Shown in pieces: positions 29,112 through 37,929 of a stretch of DNA of 40,679 nucleotides. The notes beneath the pieces were generated by a model. It was given only the letters and a program-made list of their open reading frames with translations. It searched no databases and was not told the DNA's origin. Numbering within the stretch: position 1 is the stretch's first letter; each line of letters begins with the position of its first letter. Source of the DNA: Campylobacterota bacterium. Its GTDB lineage: Bacteria; Campylobacterota; Campylobacteria; Campylobacterales; Sulfurimonadaceae. The position numbers and the translations under genes are program-made. Location: NCBI GenBank assembly GCA_034659455.1, contig JAYEHI010000050.1:1-40679 (forward strand), written 5' to 3'.

Positions 29112-30650
29112 TTATTCCCACTCGATTGTTGCTGGTGGTTTTGAACTTATATCATAAACAACACGATTTATTCCATCTACCTCATTGATAATTCTTCTTG
29201 AAATTCTCTCTAGTAGATCATGTGGTAGGTGTGCAAATGTAGCCGTCATTCCATCAACTGCCTCGACTACTCTTACACAAACAGTGTTATCGTAAGTACG
29301 GTTATCACCCATAACACCTACTGATTTTACATTGAGTAGCACTGCAAATGCTTGCCAAGTTTTCGCATAGTAACCACTCGCTTTTAACTCATCTAAAAGA
29401 ATTACATCAGCTTCACGAAGCAGCGTTAAGTCAGGAACATTAACATCGCCCATAATTCTAATTGCTAAACCAGGTCCAGGAAAAGGATGACGATTAATCA
29501 TACCCTCTGGAAGACCTAACTCTAAACCAATTTTACGAACTTCATCTTTAAAAAGTTCACGTAGTGGTTCAATTAACTCAAAATCCATCCAATCAGGTAG
29601 ACCCCCAACATTATGATGAGACTTGATGACCTCAGATGGTCCATTTACGCTTATTGACTCAATAACATCTGGATAGAGTGTACCTTGCGCTAGAAACTTA
29701 ATACCATCATGCTTCTTCGCCTCTTTCTCAAACTCTTCGATGAAAGTGTGACCAATTATTTTACGTTTTTGTTCCGGATCTGAAATACCTGCAAGTTTTC
29801 CTAAAAAGTTATCTACTGCATCTACAGTAATAAGTGGAGTTTTTAGGTTAATCTTGAAGACCTCTTCTACCTGTTCTCTTTCACCTTTTCTTAAAAGTCC
29901 ATTATCAACAAATACTGGAATAAGCTGATCACCGATAGCCTCATAAAGCATAGCCGCGACAACAGAGCTATCAACTCCACCGCTTAAGCCACAAAGGACC
30001 TTGCCAGTTCCCACTTTTTCGCGAATAATTTCGATTTGCTCTTTTAAGAAGTGCTCCATTTTCCATTTTTCAGTAACACCACAGATATTTTTTGCGAAGT
30101 TGCGAAGCATCAAGTAGCCCTCTTCGGAGTGCTGTACTTCTGGGTGAAACTGCATCGCATAAACACGTTTTTCTTCATTAGCAATAGCAGCATAAGGAGA
30201 GTTAGCTGAAGTAGCAATAGGAGCAAAACCCTCTGGAAGCTCATCTACTTTATCAGAGTGACTCATCCAAACAATTCTATCATCATCACAATCAGCTAAA
30301 AGTGGAGATGCTGTCTCTAGTTTAAGTTCAGCCTTTCCGTACTCATGATGAGAAGAACGGATAACGCTACCACCAAAATCAACTGCAATTCTCTGCATAC
30401 CGTAACAGATACCAAGAACAGGTATTCCCATACTGTAAACACCTTGGTCAACCTCATAAGCGTCTTCATTATAAACGGAAGATGGACCACCACTTAGGAT
30501 AACTCCCTTAGGATTTTTAGCTTGAATATCTGCTACACAAGTGTGATAAGGTAAAATCTCACAGTAAATTTTATCTTCACGCAGACGACGAGCTATAAGT
30601 TGTGTGTATTGAGAACCAAAATCTAAAACGATGATGCTAACATTTGTCAT
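29112..30650 (-). CDS. guaA: GMP synthase (glutamine-hydrolysing)
   Basis: [45 protein letters not shown]. Confidence 0.99.
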   Translation of the reverse strand: MTNVSIIVLDFGSQYTQLIARRLREDKIYCEILPYHTCVADIQAKNPKGVILSGGPSSVYNEDAYEVDQGVYSMGIPVLGICYGMQRIAVDFGGSVIRSSHHEYGKAELKLETASPLLADCDDDRIVWMSHSDKVDELPEGFAPIATSANSPYAAIANEEKRVYAMQFHPEVQHSEEGYLMLRNFAKNICGVTEKWKMEHFLKEQIEIIREKVGTGKVLCGLSGGVDSSVVAAMLYEAIGDQLIPVFVDNGLLRKGEREQVEEVFKINLKTPLITVDAVDNFLGKLAGISDPEQKRKIIGHTFIEEFEKEAKKHDGIKFLAQGTLYPDVIESISVNGPSEVIKSHHNVGGLPDWMDFELIEPLRELFKDEVRKIGLELGLPEGMINRHPFPGPGLAIRIMGDVNVPDLTLLREADVILLDELKASGYYAKTWQAFAVLLNVKSVGVMGDNRTYDNTVCVRVVEAVDGMTATFAHLPHDLLERISRRIINEVDGINRVVYDISSKPPATIEWE

Positions 30651-30769
30651 ATAAATGCCTTTAAAAAATAGGATAATTAATTACCGTAAGGATACAATAA
30701 ATAAGATTAATTTTTGATTTACGAGGATAAGAGAGTTCAACTGCGCAGGAAGCGCAGGAAGTTTATAGG

Positions 30770-32125
30770 CTAGTAGAGACCTAAAATTTCAAATTGAAGA
30801 TACCATACAGCTACAGAAGCGATATAGCCGATTAAAATCGTCCATGAGTGTTTCATGTGCGCACCAAAAGTGTAGATACCATGAAGTCTACCCATCACAC
30901 CAACACCTGCAGCCGAACCAAAAGAGATTAAACTACCACCTATACCAGCTGTAAGTGTTACTAGTAACCACTGATCGAGTCCCATCTCTGGAGATGATTT
31001 CAGTATTGCACTCATTACTGGAACGTTATCAACGATAGCTGAGAGGAAACCAACACCGATGTTTGAAACAGTTGGTCCAAACGACTCATAAAGGTTATGA
31101 ATGTAGTGTAAGAAACCTAAAAAGTGTAAGGCGCCAACGGCAGAGAGAATACCAAAGAAGAAAAGAAGCGTATCATTTTCAACTTTTTGCATATTTACGA
31201 ATATGTTGAAACCTTTTTTACCACTTTTTTCAAGTTGTACTGCATAGAGTTTGAGTATAGCCATACCAAACATCATACCCCACATAGCTGGAAAATAAAA
31301 GAACTGATGACCAAGAACAGCCATTGCAATTGTTCCTACACCAAGGTAAGCAACGCCAAATCCACCATCAGCGACAACTGGTTTCTCTTCTGTAGCCGCA
31401 TCAAAAGGTGGTTTACCCTCAGGAATAGACATTCCCAGTAAAGACGCCGTAATCAACCAACCAACTATAGAAGCTGGGAAAAGATATAAAAAGTCTATAA
31501 ACTGACCCTTTCCAGCCGTCCATGCCATTAGAGTTGTAATATCACCAAATGGAGACCAAGCACCACCTGCATTTGCCGCAACAACAATGTTAATTGCACC
31601 CGGAACTAAAAATGCAAGGTTTTTCTTATCAATAGTAAAGAGTACAGTTGAAAGGATGAGAGCTGTAGTTAAGTTATCTGCGACTGGAGAGATGAAAAAT
31701 GCTAAAAGACCCGTTAACCAAAAAAGCTTTTTGTAACTATAACCTTTTGAGACAAGCTTATACTTCATCAGATCAAAAACACCACGTTCTATAAGTGTCT
31801 CAATAAATGTCATTGCAACTAATAAAAAGAAAAAGATCTCTGCTATTTCTAGTATAAGTATCTCAAGCTCATCATGCAGAGCATCAGGGTTCATCCCGTT
31901 TATTGCATGGTATATACCGATGAGCATAAACATAAACGTACCGGCAAAAAGTGCAGGCTTAGCCTTGTTTACCTCATACTTGTCCTCAGTAGCTATGAAA
32001 TAATAAGCTATAATAAAAACAGCTAAACTTAACCACCCTACCCATGTAGTTGCAAGGTTTACATCGCTTGCCGCATGTCCTACTGCTTCAATTGCAGTAT
32101 CTGTCATAGAACCATGTTCCATCAT
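30770..32125 (-). CDS. nhaD: Na+/H+ antiporter NhaD
   Basis: Polytopic membrane protein with ADNLTTAL, AANAGGAWSPFGDITT, SAIVDNVP, GSAAGV. Confidence 0.93.
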   Translation of the reverse strand: MMEHGSMTDTAIEAVGHAASDVNLATTWVGWLSLAVFIIAYYFIATEDKYEVNKAKPALFAGTFMFMLIGIYHAINGMNPDALHDELEILILEIAEIFFFLLVAMTFIETLIERGVFDLMKYKLVSKGYSYKKLFWLTGLLAFFISPVADNLTTALILSTVLFTIDKKNLAFLVPGAINIVVAANAGGAWSPFGDITTLMAWTAGKGQFIDFLYLFPASIVGWLITASLLGMSIPEGKPPFDAATEEKPVVADGGFGVAYLGVGTIAMAVLGHQFFYFPAMWGMMFGMAILKLYAVQLEKSGKKGFNIFVNMQKVENDTLLFFFGILSAVGALHFLGFLHYIHNLYESFGPTVSNIGVGFLSAIVDNVPVMSAILKSSPEMGLDQWLLVTLTAGIGGSLISFGSAAGVGVMGRLHGIYTFGAHMKHSWTILIGYIASVAVWYLQFEILGLY

Positions 32126-33570
32126 TTCTCCTCTTGTATTGTATGAACGCCAATAGATTTACCTCTAGAGAGGGCCCCTAAAACTATCTCTTTTGCTGTT
32201 AATAAACGAAATCTCAGTAGTGTACCAATTTTTTCATTTAAAAGTGCATTAATTGAAGATAAAGCATCATTTAGTCCCTTTTTTGTTCTAATGATAGACA
32301 CATTCTCCCACATTATTCTTCTCAATTGGTCTTTCTTCGCCTTGTCCTCTTTTAAACTCATTACTCTATCATCTACTTCAAACTCGAATGAAAGGTCTTC
32401 TGTCTCATCTTTAAGTATGCTCTCAACTGCTAGTTTTGCAAAAACAAGCCCCTCTAAGAGCGAGTTAGATGCTAGTCTATTTGCCCCATGTACTCGAGTC
32501 GAAGCAACTTCGCCAACAGCATAAAGATTTTTTACACTTGGCACTCTTGCGTTTAGATCGGTTTTTATTCCACCTATCGCATAATGAAACGCGGGTGAAA
32601 TGGGAACTCTTTGGGAGGGAACGTTATAACCCAGAGCTCTTAAGTTCGAACAGATATTAGGAAACCTATGTTCAAAGTACTTTTCATCAAAATTTTTAAA
32701 TACCAAATAAACACTTTTTCCCGTTTTCTTTTTGTGCTGATAAATCGATTTACTCACTATATCTCTAGAGGCTAATTCTCCGCGTTTATCATAATCAAAC
32801 AAAAATCTCTCGCCACTCTCATCTTCAATAGTCGCACCCTCGCCTCTTAAAGCTTCAGTTAAAAGCATTTTCTGTGCATTTGAGCTATTAACGAATACGG
32901 TTGGATGAAACTGTAGCATCTCCATTCTCTCTAATTCTATACCTTTTTCAATGCATAAGCCTTGCATATCTCCACTGATACAAGGAGCGTTTGTGTGGTA
33001 CTCGTAGAGTGAACCCACACCCCCGCTCGCGATGATGACATCTTTTGCGTATATGTTTCTAGACTCTCTATGATCTAAAACCGTCACTCCATAACAAGTC
33101 CCATCTTTTATAAGTAGGTCGACTACTCTTGCATTGCCAAGCATTGCGTGAGGGTTGTTTGAGAGAAGATGATGATGTACGTAACGTCCTGTTGCATCTC
33201 CACCGGCATGTAGAATTCTCTCGCACGAGTGCGCTGCCTCTTTTGTATAAAGAATCTCCCCATTTTCACCTCTATCAAACTCAAAACCACTCTCCAAAAG
33301 ATCATCTATCGTCTCTCTAGAAAACTTTGAGAGAACAGAGACTGCCTCCTCGTCACAGAGCCCATCCCCTGCATTTATCGTGTCTTTTATATGAAAAGGT
33401 ATATCTGCTTTATCTCTAGCAAGTGCTATCCCACCCTGTGCATAAAAAGTATTGCATTTAAAAGTTTCTCGTTTATTTATTATAAGTACTTTTTTCTCTT
33501 TTGGCAGTTTCATGGCTGCATAAAGCCCCGCGATTCCTGCACCTATTATTATTACATCGTATTTAAACAT
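32122..33570 (-). CDS. nadB: L-aspartate oxidase
   Basis: GAGIAGL FAD motif, YAQGGI, EAAHS..RILH, QFHPT, TEALRGEG, HGANRLASNSLLEG. Confidence 0.96.
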   Translation of the reverse strand: MFKYDVIIIGAGIAGLYAAMKLPKEKKVLIINKRETFKCNTFYAQGGIALARDKADIPFHIKDTINAGDGLCDEEAVSVLSKFSRETIDDLLESGFEFDRGENGEILYTKEAAHSCERILHAGGDATGRYVHHHLLSNNPHAMLGNARVVDLLIKDGTCYGVTVLDHRESRNIYAKDVIIASGGVGSLYEYHTNAPCISGDMQGLCIEKGIELERMEMLQFHPTVFVNSSNAQKMLLTEALRGEGATIEDESGERFLFDYDKRGELASRDIVSKSIYQHKKKTGKSVYLVFKNFDEKYFEHRFPNICSNLRALGYNVPSQRVPISPAFHYAIGGIKTDLNARVPSVKNLYAVGEVASTRVHGANRLASNSLLEGLVFAKLAVESILKDETEDLSFEFEVDDRVMSLKEDKAKKDQLRRIMWENVSIIRTKKGLNDALSSINALLNEKIGTLLRFRLLTAKEIVLGALSRGKSIGVHTIQEEK

Positions 33571-33779
33571 TATTCACAACTCTCACTATTTTTATTTAGC
33601 TTAGTTTGACTTTTTTTCTTGATGATAAACTCTACATTCTCATCTCCATCTGGAGCATCCTCAAGGTGATAAGGCTGTTTCTTATAGCCACACCCACTCG
33701 TGCTTAACAAAAAGCTTGCTATAATTAGCATATGAGAAATGCTAAAGAAATTATTAATCTTATTCAAAATAAACCTCAA
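33570..33779 (-). CDS. Small lipoprotein (LptM/YifL-like CGxK..P.Y motif)
   Basis: Hydrophobic stretch then TSGCGYKKQPYH lipobox; start is either TTG 33779 or ATG 33731; stop overlaps the nadB start. Confidence 0.7.
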   Translation of the reverse strand: MRFILNKINNFFSISHMLIIASFLLSTSGCGYKKQPYHLEDAPDGDENVEFIIKKKSQTKLNKNSESCE

Positions 33780-33950
33780 TTTTCTAAACTATCTAAGTAT
33801 AAACGCATTCAAAGGATTCAAGTTTTCACTCTTAATCATCCTAGCGCCAAACAAGGATTTCATAATAATATACAAAGCATTAAAAGTGCTTTAAACTTTC
33901 ACACTCCCCAAGAGGGAAGAGTTACAAAAAAAGAGACATATGATTCTTGA
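33732..33950 (+). CDS. Short hypothetical protein upstream of uvrC, possibly an internally deleted version of a conserved gene
   Basis: 72 aa; overlaps the uvrC start; contains blocks NKPQFSKL and [12 protein letters not shown]. Confidence 0.5.
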   Translation: MRNAKEIINLIQNKPQFSKLSKYKRIQRIQVFTLNHPSAKQGFHNNIQSIKSALNFHTPQEGRVTKKETYDS

Positions 33951-35742
33951 AAACACTATAAAACAACTCCCCTCATCACCAGGAATTTACCAATACTTTG
34001 ACAAAAATGGGCTTCTTCTTTACATTGGAAAAGCAAAAAACCTTAAAAATAGAGTCAAAAGCTACTGGCAGTTCACTCCTCATCTTCAAGCAAACACTAC
34101 CCTCAGTAGTAGAATAACTACAATGATCGAGCAGACTGTTTCCATGAACTACATAGTAGTCAACTCTGAGCATGACGCTCTTATCCTTGAAAACTCACTG
34201 ATTAAACAACTCAACCCTAAATACAATATTCTTCTTAGAGATGACAAAACATACCCTTACATCTATATAGATACATCTTTAAAATACCCGCGTTTTGACA
34301 TAACGCGAAAAATTTTAAAAAGCAAAGATATAAGCTATTATGGACCTTATTCTGTTGGTGCGAGAGATATACTAGACTCTCTCTATGAGATATGCAAACT
34401 CGTACAGAAGAAGAGCTGCTTAAAGGAAAAAAAACTCTGTCTCTATCATCAAATAGACAAATGCTTAGGTCCCTGTGAACTCCCCATCACACATGAGAGA
34501 TACACTCAAGAGGTCGATTTAGCGACAAAACTCATTAAAAATAAAAAACTTTTAATAAATTCACTTGAAGAGAAGATGCACTTTTATGCCCAGGAGATGC
34601 GTTTTGAAGAGGCGGCAGAGTTAAGAGATAGAGTGGAGAGAATAGGTCGTTCAGAGATTAAAAGCGAAATCGATTTTGCGACGGATGAGAACTATGATAT
34701 CTTTCTTGTACAAAACTCCTCCACAAGAGCCGTTGTTGTACGAATATTTATGCGAAACGGAAAGATTATTTCATCCTCACACGACTATATTAGCCTCAAC
34801 AATGGATATGATGAAGAAGAGCTTTACTTGCGAGCTTTGTTAGATTACTATAAAGAAGAAAAACCTCCCATTATCGCTCCCATTTTGATAGGAAAGAAGA
34901 TAGAGAGTATTGAACTTCTAGAAGCACACTTAAGTAAAGTATTTGAAAAAAAAGCTCATATAACTCAACCTATTAGAGGAAAACGAAAACATTTAATAGA
35001 GTTAGCTTCACTCAATGCAATTGAGTTACTAAAACGCGATAAAAGCGTCAATCATACTCAAGTGCCTCGTGAAATACAAGAACTGTGTAAACTAGAAAAA
35101 GTGCCTTCTCGTGTTGAAGTGTTTGACAACTCTCACATATCTGGTCAAGCGACCGTTGGGGCTATGATAGTCTATGAAGATGGTAAATTTGACAAAAAGT
35201 CTTACAGAACTTATCATTTAGAAGCAAAAGACGAATACTCCCAAATGAGAGAGACTCTATCACGAAGAGTGGAGAGTTTTTCAAAAAACTCTCCACCTGA
35301 TTTATGGTTGCTTGATGGAGGAGCTACACTCTTAAAACTTGCACTAGAGATTTTAAAATCAAATGCCATCAATTTAGATGTTATCGCAATATCAAAAGAA
35401 AAAATAGACGCTAAAACACACAGAGCCAAAGGTAAGGCAAACGACATAATCTATACTAAAGATGAAGTTTTTCGACTCTCAAATAGTGACAAACGGCTTC
35501 AATGGGCGCAAAACCTGAGAGACGAAGCACATAGAAGTGCAATAACTTTTCACAAAAAAACAAAACTCAAGCTAGATCAAGAGAGCCAACTCTTAAGCTT
35601 GAATGGCATATCAAGTGCAAAAATCAAAAAACTACTTAATCATTTTGGTACTTTCAGTGAACTAAAATTAGTCACAATTGAAGATATCAGTACTGTTTTA
35701 AGCCTAAAAGACGCAAAAACAATCAAAAAATTTTACAACTAA
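33940..35742 (+). CDS. uvrC: Excinuclease ABC subunit C
   Basis: ATG ATT CTT GAA reads directly on the + strand at 33940, so the minus label in the ORF track is wrong. GIY-YIG (PGIYQY...YIGKAKNL), FDNSH, LLDGG, RDEAHR, C-terminal HhH. Confidence 0.98.
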   Translation: MILENTIKQLPSSPGIYQYFDKNGLLLYIGKAKNLKNRVKSYWQFTPHLQANTTLSSRITTMIEQTVSMNYIVVNSEHDALILENSLIKQLNPKYNILLRDDKTYPYIYIDTSLKYPRFDITRKILKSKDISYYGPYSVGARDILDSLYEICKLVQKKSCLKEKKLCLYHQIDKCLGPCELPITHERYTQEVDLATKLIKNKKLLINSLEEKMHFYAQEMRFEEAAELRDRVERIGRSEIKSEIDFATDENYDIFLVQNSSTRAVVVRIFMRNGKIISSSHDYISLNNGYDEEELYLRALLDYYKEEKPPIIAPILIGKKIESIELLEAHLSKVFEKKAHITQPIRGKRKHLIELASLNAIELLKRDKSVNHTQVPREIQELCKLEKVPSRVEVFDNSHISGQATVGAMIVYEDGKFDKKSYRTYHLEAKDEYSQMRETLSRRVESFSKNSPPDLWLLDGGATLLKLALEILKSNAINLDVIAISKEKIDAKTHRAKGKANDIIYTKDEVFRLSNSDKRLQWAQNLRDEAHRSAITFHKKTKLKLDQESQLLSLNGISSAKIKKLLNHFGTFSELKLVTIEDISTVLSLKDAKTIKKFYN

Positions 35743-35810
35743 GTTTTATTTAGCTTTGTTTATGATATATTATTGGTGATTCTAGTTTTACTATTAAAAA
35801 AGGTACTTTA

Positions 35811-36224
35811 ATGAATAATATAACACCAGTAGATGAAGAGCATACTTTTCAAGGAGACGTAATTATCAGCCAGACTGATTTAGATGGCATAATAACATAC
35901 GCAAATCGTGCATTTGCAAAAGTATCTGGATACAAAACAGAAGAGCTCATAGGACAATCTCATAACATTATTAGACATCCTGATATGCCAAAAGCCGTAT
36001 TCTCTCGATTATGGGAGACTATTTCAGGTGGTCAAGCATGGAATGGACTTATTAAAAACATTCGTAAAGATGGTTTATATTACTGGGTTGAAACAGAAAT
36101 ACTTCCTATCAGCGACGAAACTGGAAATATAACTGGTTACATAGCTGTGAGAAAAGAAGCATCTAAAAAAGATATAAACGAAATTCAAGAGACGTACACA
36201 AAAATGCTAGAAACCCAAAAGTAA
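35811..36224 (+). CDS. Stand-alone Aer/CetB-type PAS domain protein
   Basis: IISQTDLDGIITYAN...HNIIRHPDMP...LWETI...W.GLIKN.RKDG.YYWV. Confidence 0.92.
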   Translation: MNNITPVDEEHTFQGDVIISQTDLDGIITYANRAFAKVSGYKTEELIGQSHNIIRHPDMPKAVFSRLWETISGGQAWNGLIKNIRKDGLYYWVETEILPISDETGNITGYIAVRKEASKKDINEIQETYTKMLETQK

Positions 36225-36234
36225 AGAGGAATAC

Positions 36235-37926
36235 ATGTTAATTTATAATTTTCAAAAAGAATTTTTAGGTATAGATGAAAAAGATTTACGAGCATTAGGA
36301 TTTAAAGATTTAGCGGGACTAAGAACTGAAGTTACTGACTTTTCAGACCTTTTTGTAAAAACTCCTGGCTACATCCACAACTTTAAGCATGTTCACTGGA
36401 TTGACTTTATAACGTGTGCCGACTCAAGCGAAGAATCAAAAGTTATTATAAACGTAAATAATAAGAACTACAGATGTGTCATTAACATCTCCACTGCCTA
36501 TCTTGTTGACAACCCATCTTCTAAAGCCTATTTAGTTAGTTTAAACAACTTAAGAGAATTAAGTGCAAAAGAGAGCGAAAGCATCTCTGGTGACATTACA
36601 CAACGCCAAGCTCCTGACCTCTCAGCTTCTGCGACACCTATTTTCAACACTTCTAGCACAACAACTTATGAAGATGATACGACTTTAGAGTTTGAAGAAG
36701 AGTTGACGCAGAGCAATCTCACAATAGATCCATACGAGACTCCTCTTGAGGTAGACTTAGACAATAGCCCAGAAGATTTCAACATTGATGTTTACGATGA
36801 GCCTCTTAACATTGAAGAGCCTATACTCCAAGAGAGCACTCCTGCACCTATTGTAGAAGAGACTCAAATAGAAGAAGAGTACTTAGCACCTCTATCCATT
36901 GAGATTGAAGATGACTTGATGAGTGATATTGTTGAGGAAGAGACTCCTCCTGCTAAAAAGACAGTTACGCAAACGGTTGTAGAAACTTTTGACAATGGAT
37001 ACGTGTATGACCCAACCGTTGCTTCAGAAGAACTTGGTTTGCCTTTAGACCTCATTGAAGAGTTTATTCAAGACTTTATCGAACAAGCCAAAGAGTTTAA
37101 AGAGGCTCTCTACACTGCACTTAATGAAGACGACTTAGAGAATGTAAAAACACTCTCACATAAACTCAAAGGCGTGGCGGCAAACTTAAGAATAGAAGAT
37201 GCCCTTGAAACATTGACGGTGATAAACACTTCGGAAAAACTTTCTGTGATTGAAGAGAACCTAGACACCCTTTACAAGATAATTGCAAAACTAGCAGGCG
37301 AAGAAATCACTACCGAAAAAGAGATTGAAATTGATATAGCGCCACCAACAGTGGATGATACAGAAGAAGACGAAATTTCACTTGAGTTTAAAGAAGATGA
37401 CGATGACGATCTCTACAGCGACCCCATTGAGATAGAAGATATTGAGGTTCCACTAGAAATTGAAATAGCACCAGAAGATGAGATAAAAATCGATACTGAA
37501 GAAAAAATCGAAATTGATATGAATGACCCTTTTGAAGAAGAGATTTCATTAGTTATTGATGATGAAATAACTGAGGAAGTGCTAGAAGAGCCTGAGCTAG
37601 ATGAACAAATTGAAATTAATTATTCAAAAGAAAATACTGCAGCTGAAATCGGACTTGACATAGAGAGCTTTAATGAGCTATTTGAAGACTATATTCAGGA
37701 AGTAACAACTTCTAGTCAAGTAATTCACGAAGCTATCTCTAGAGGCGATTTTCAAGAGAGTAAACACGAAGCTATGAAGCTTCAAGGCATGAGTGAAAAC
37801 ATGAGAGTAACAATTTACGCCCAAGAGATTGAAACACTCATAAACTCTTCAGATACATCAGAGACAAGACAAGCAATCAAACAAATAGACAACTTAACAG
37901 CAGCACTGTCTACAACAGGAGTATAG
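36235..37926 (+). CDS. Acidic Hpt-domain protein (PAS-like N-terminus, Hpt, pseudo-Hpt)
   Basis: LSHKLKGVAANL Hpt motif (His codon 37159-37161); second repeat HEAMKLQGMSENM; long Asp/Glu-rich linkers. Confidence 0.88.
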   Translation: MLIYNFQKEFLGIDEKDLRALGFKDLAGLRTEVTDFSDLFVKTPGYIHNFKHVHWIDFITCADSSEESKVIINVNNKNYRCVINISTAYLVDNPSSKAYLVSLNNLRELSAKESESISGDITQRQAPDLSASATPIFNTSSTTTYEDDTTLEFEEELTQSNLTIDPYETPLEVDLDNSPEDFNIDVYDEPLNIEEPILQESTPAPIVEETQIEEEYLAPLSIEIEDDLMSDIVEEETPPAKKTVTQTVVETFDNGYVYDPTVASEELGLPLDLIEEFIQDFIEQAKEFKEALYTALNEDDLENVKTLSHKLKGVAANLRIEDALETLTVINTSEKLSVIEENLDTLYKIIAKLAGEEITTEKEIEIDIAPPTVDDTEEDEISLEFKEDDDDDLYSDPIEIEDIEVPLEIEIAPEDEIKIDTEEKIEIDMNDPFEEEISLVIDDEITEEVLEEPELDEQIEINYSKENTAAEIGLDIESFNELFEDYIQEVTTSSQVIHEAISRGDFQESKHEAMKLQGMSENMRVTIYAQEIETLINSSDTSETRQAIKQIDNLTAALSTTGV

Positions 37927-37929
37927 TAC

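Noticed and set aside
33940-35742. ORF-track entry giving uvrC on the minus strand
   Set aside because: The listed protein reads directly from the + strand (ATG at 33940, TAA at 35740-35742); the label is an error.
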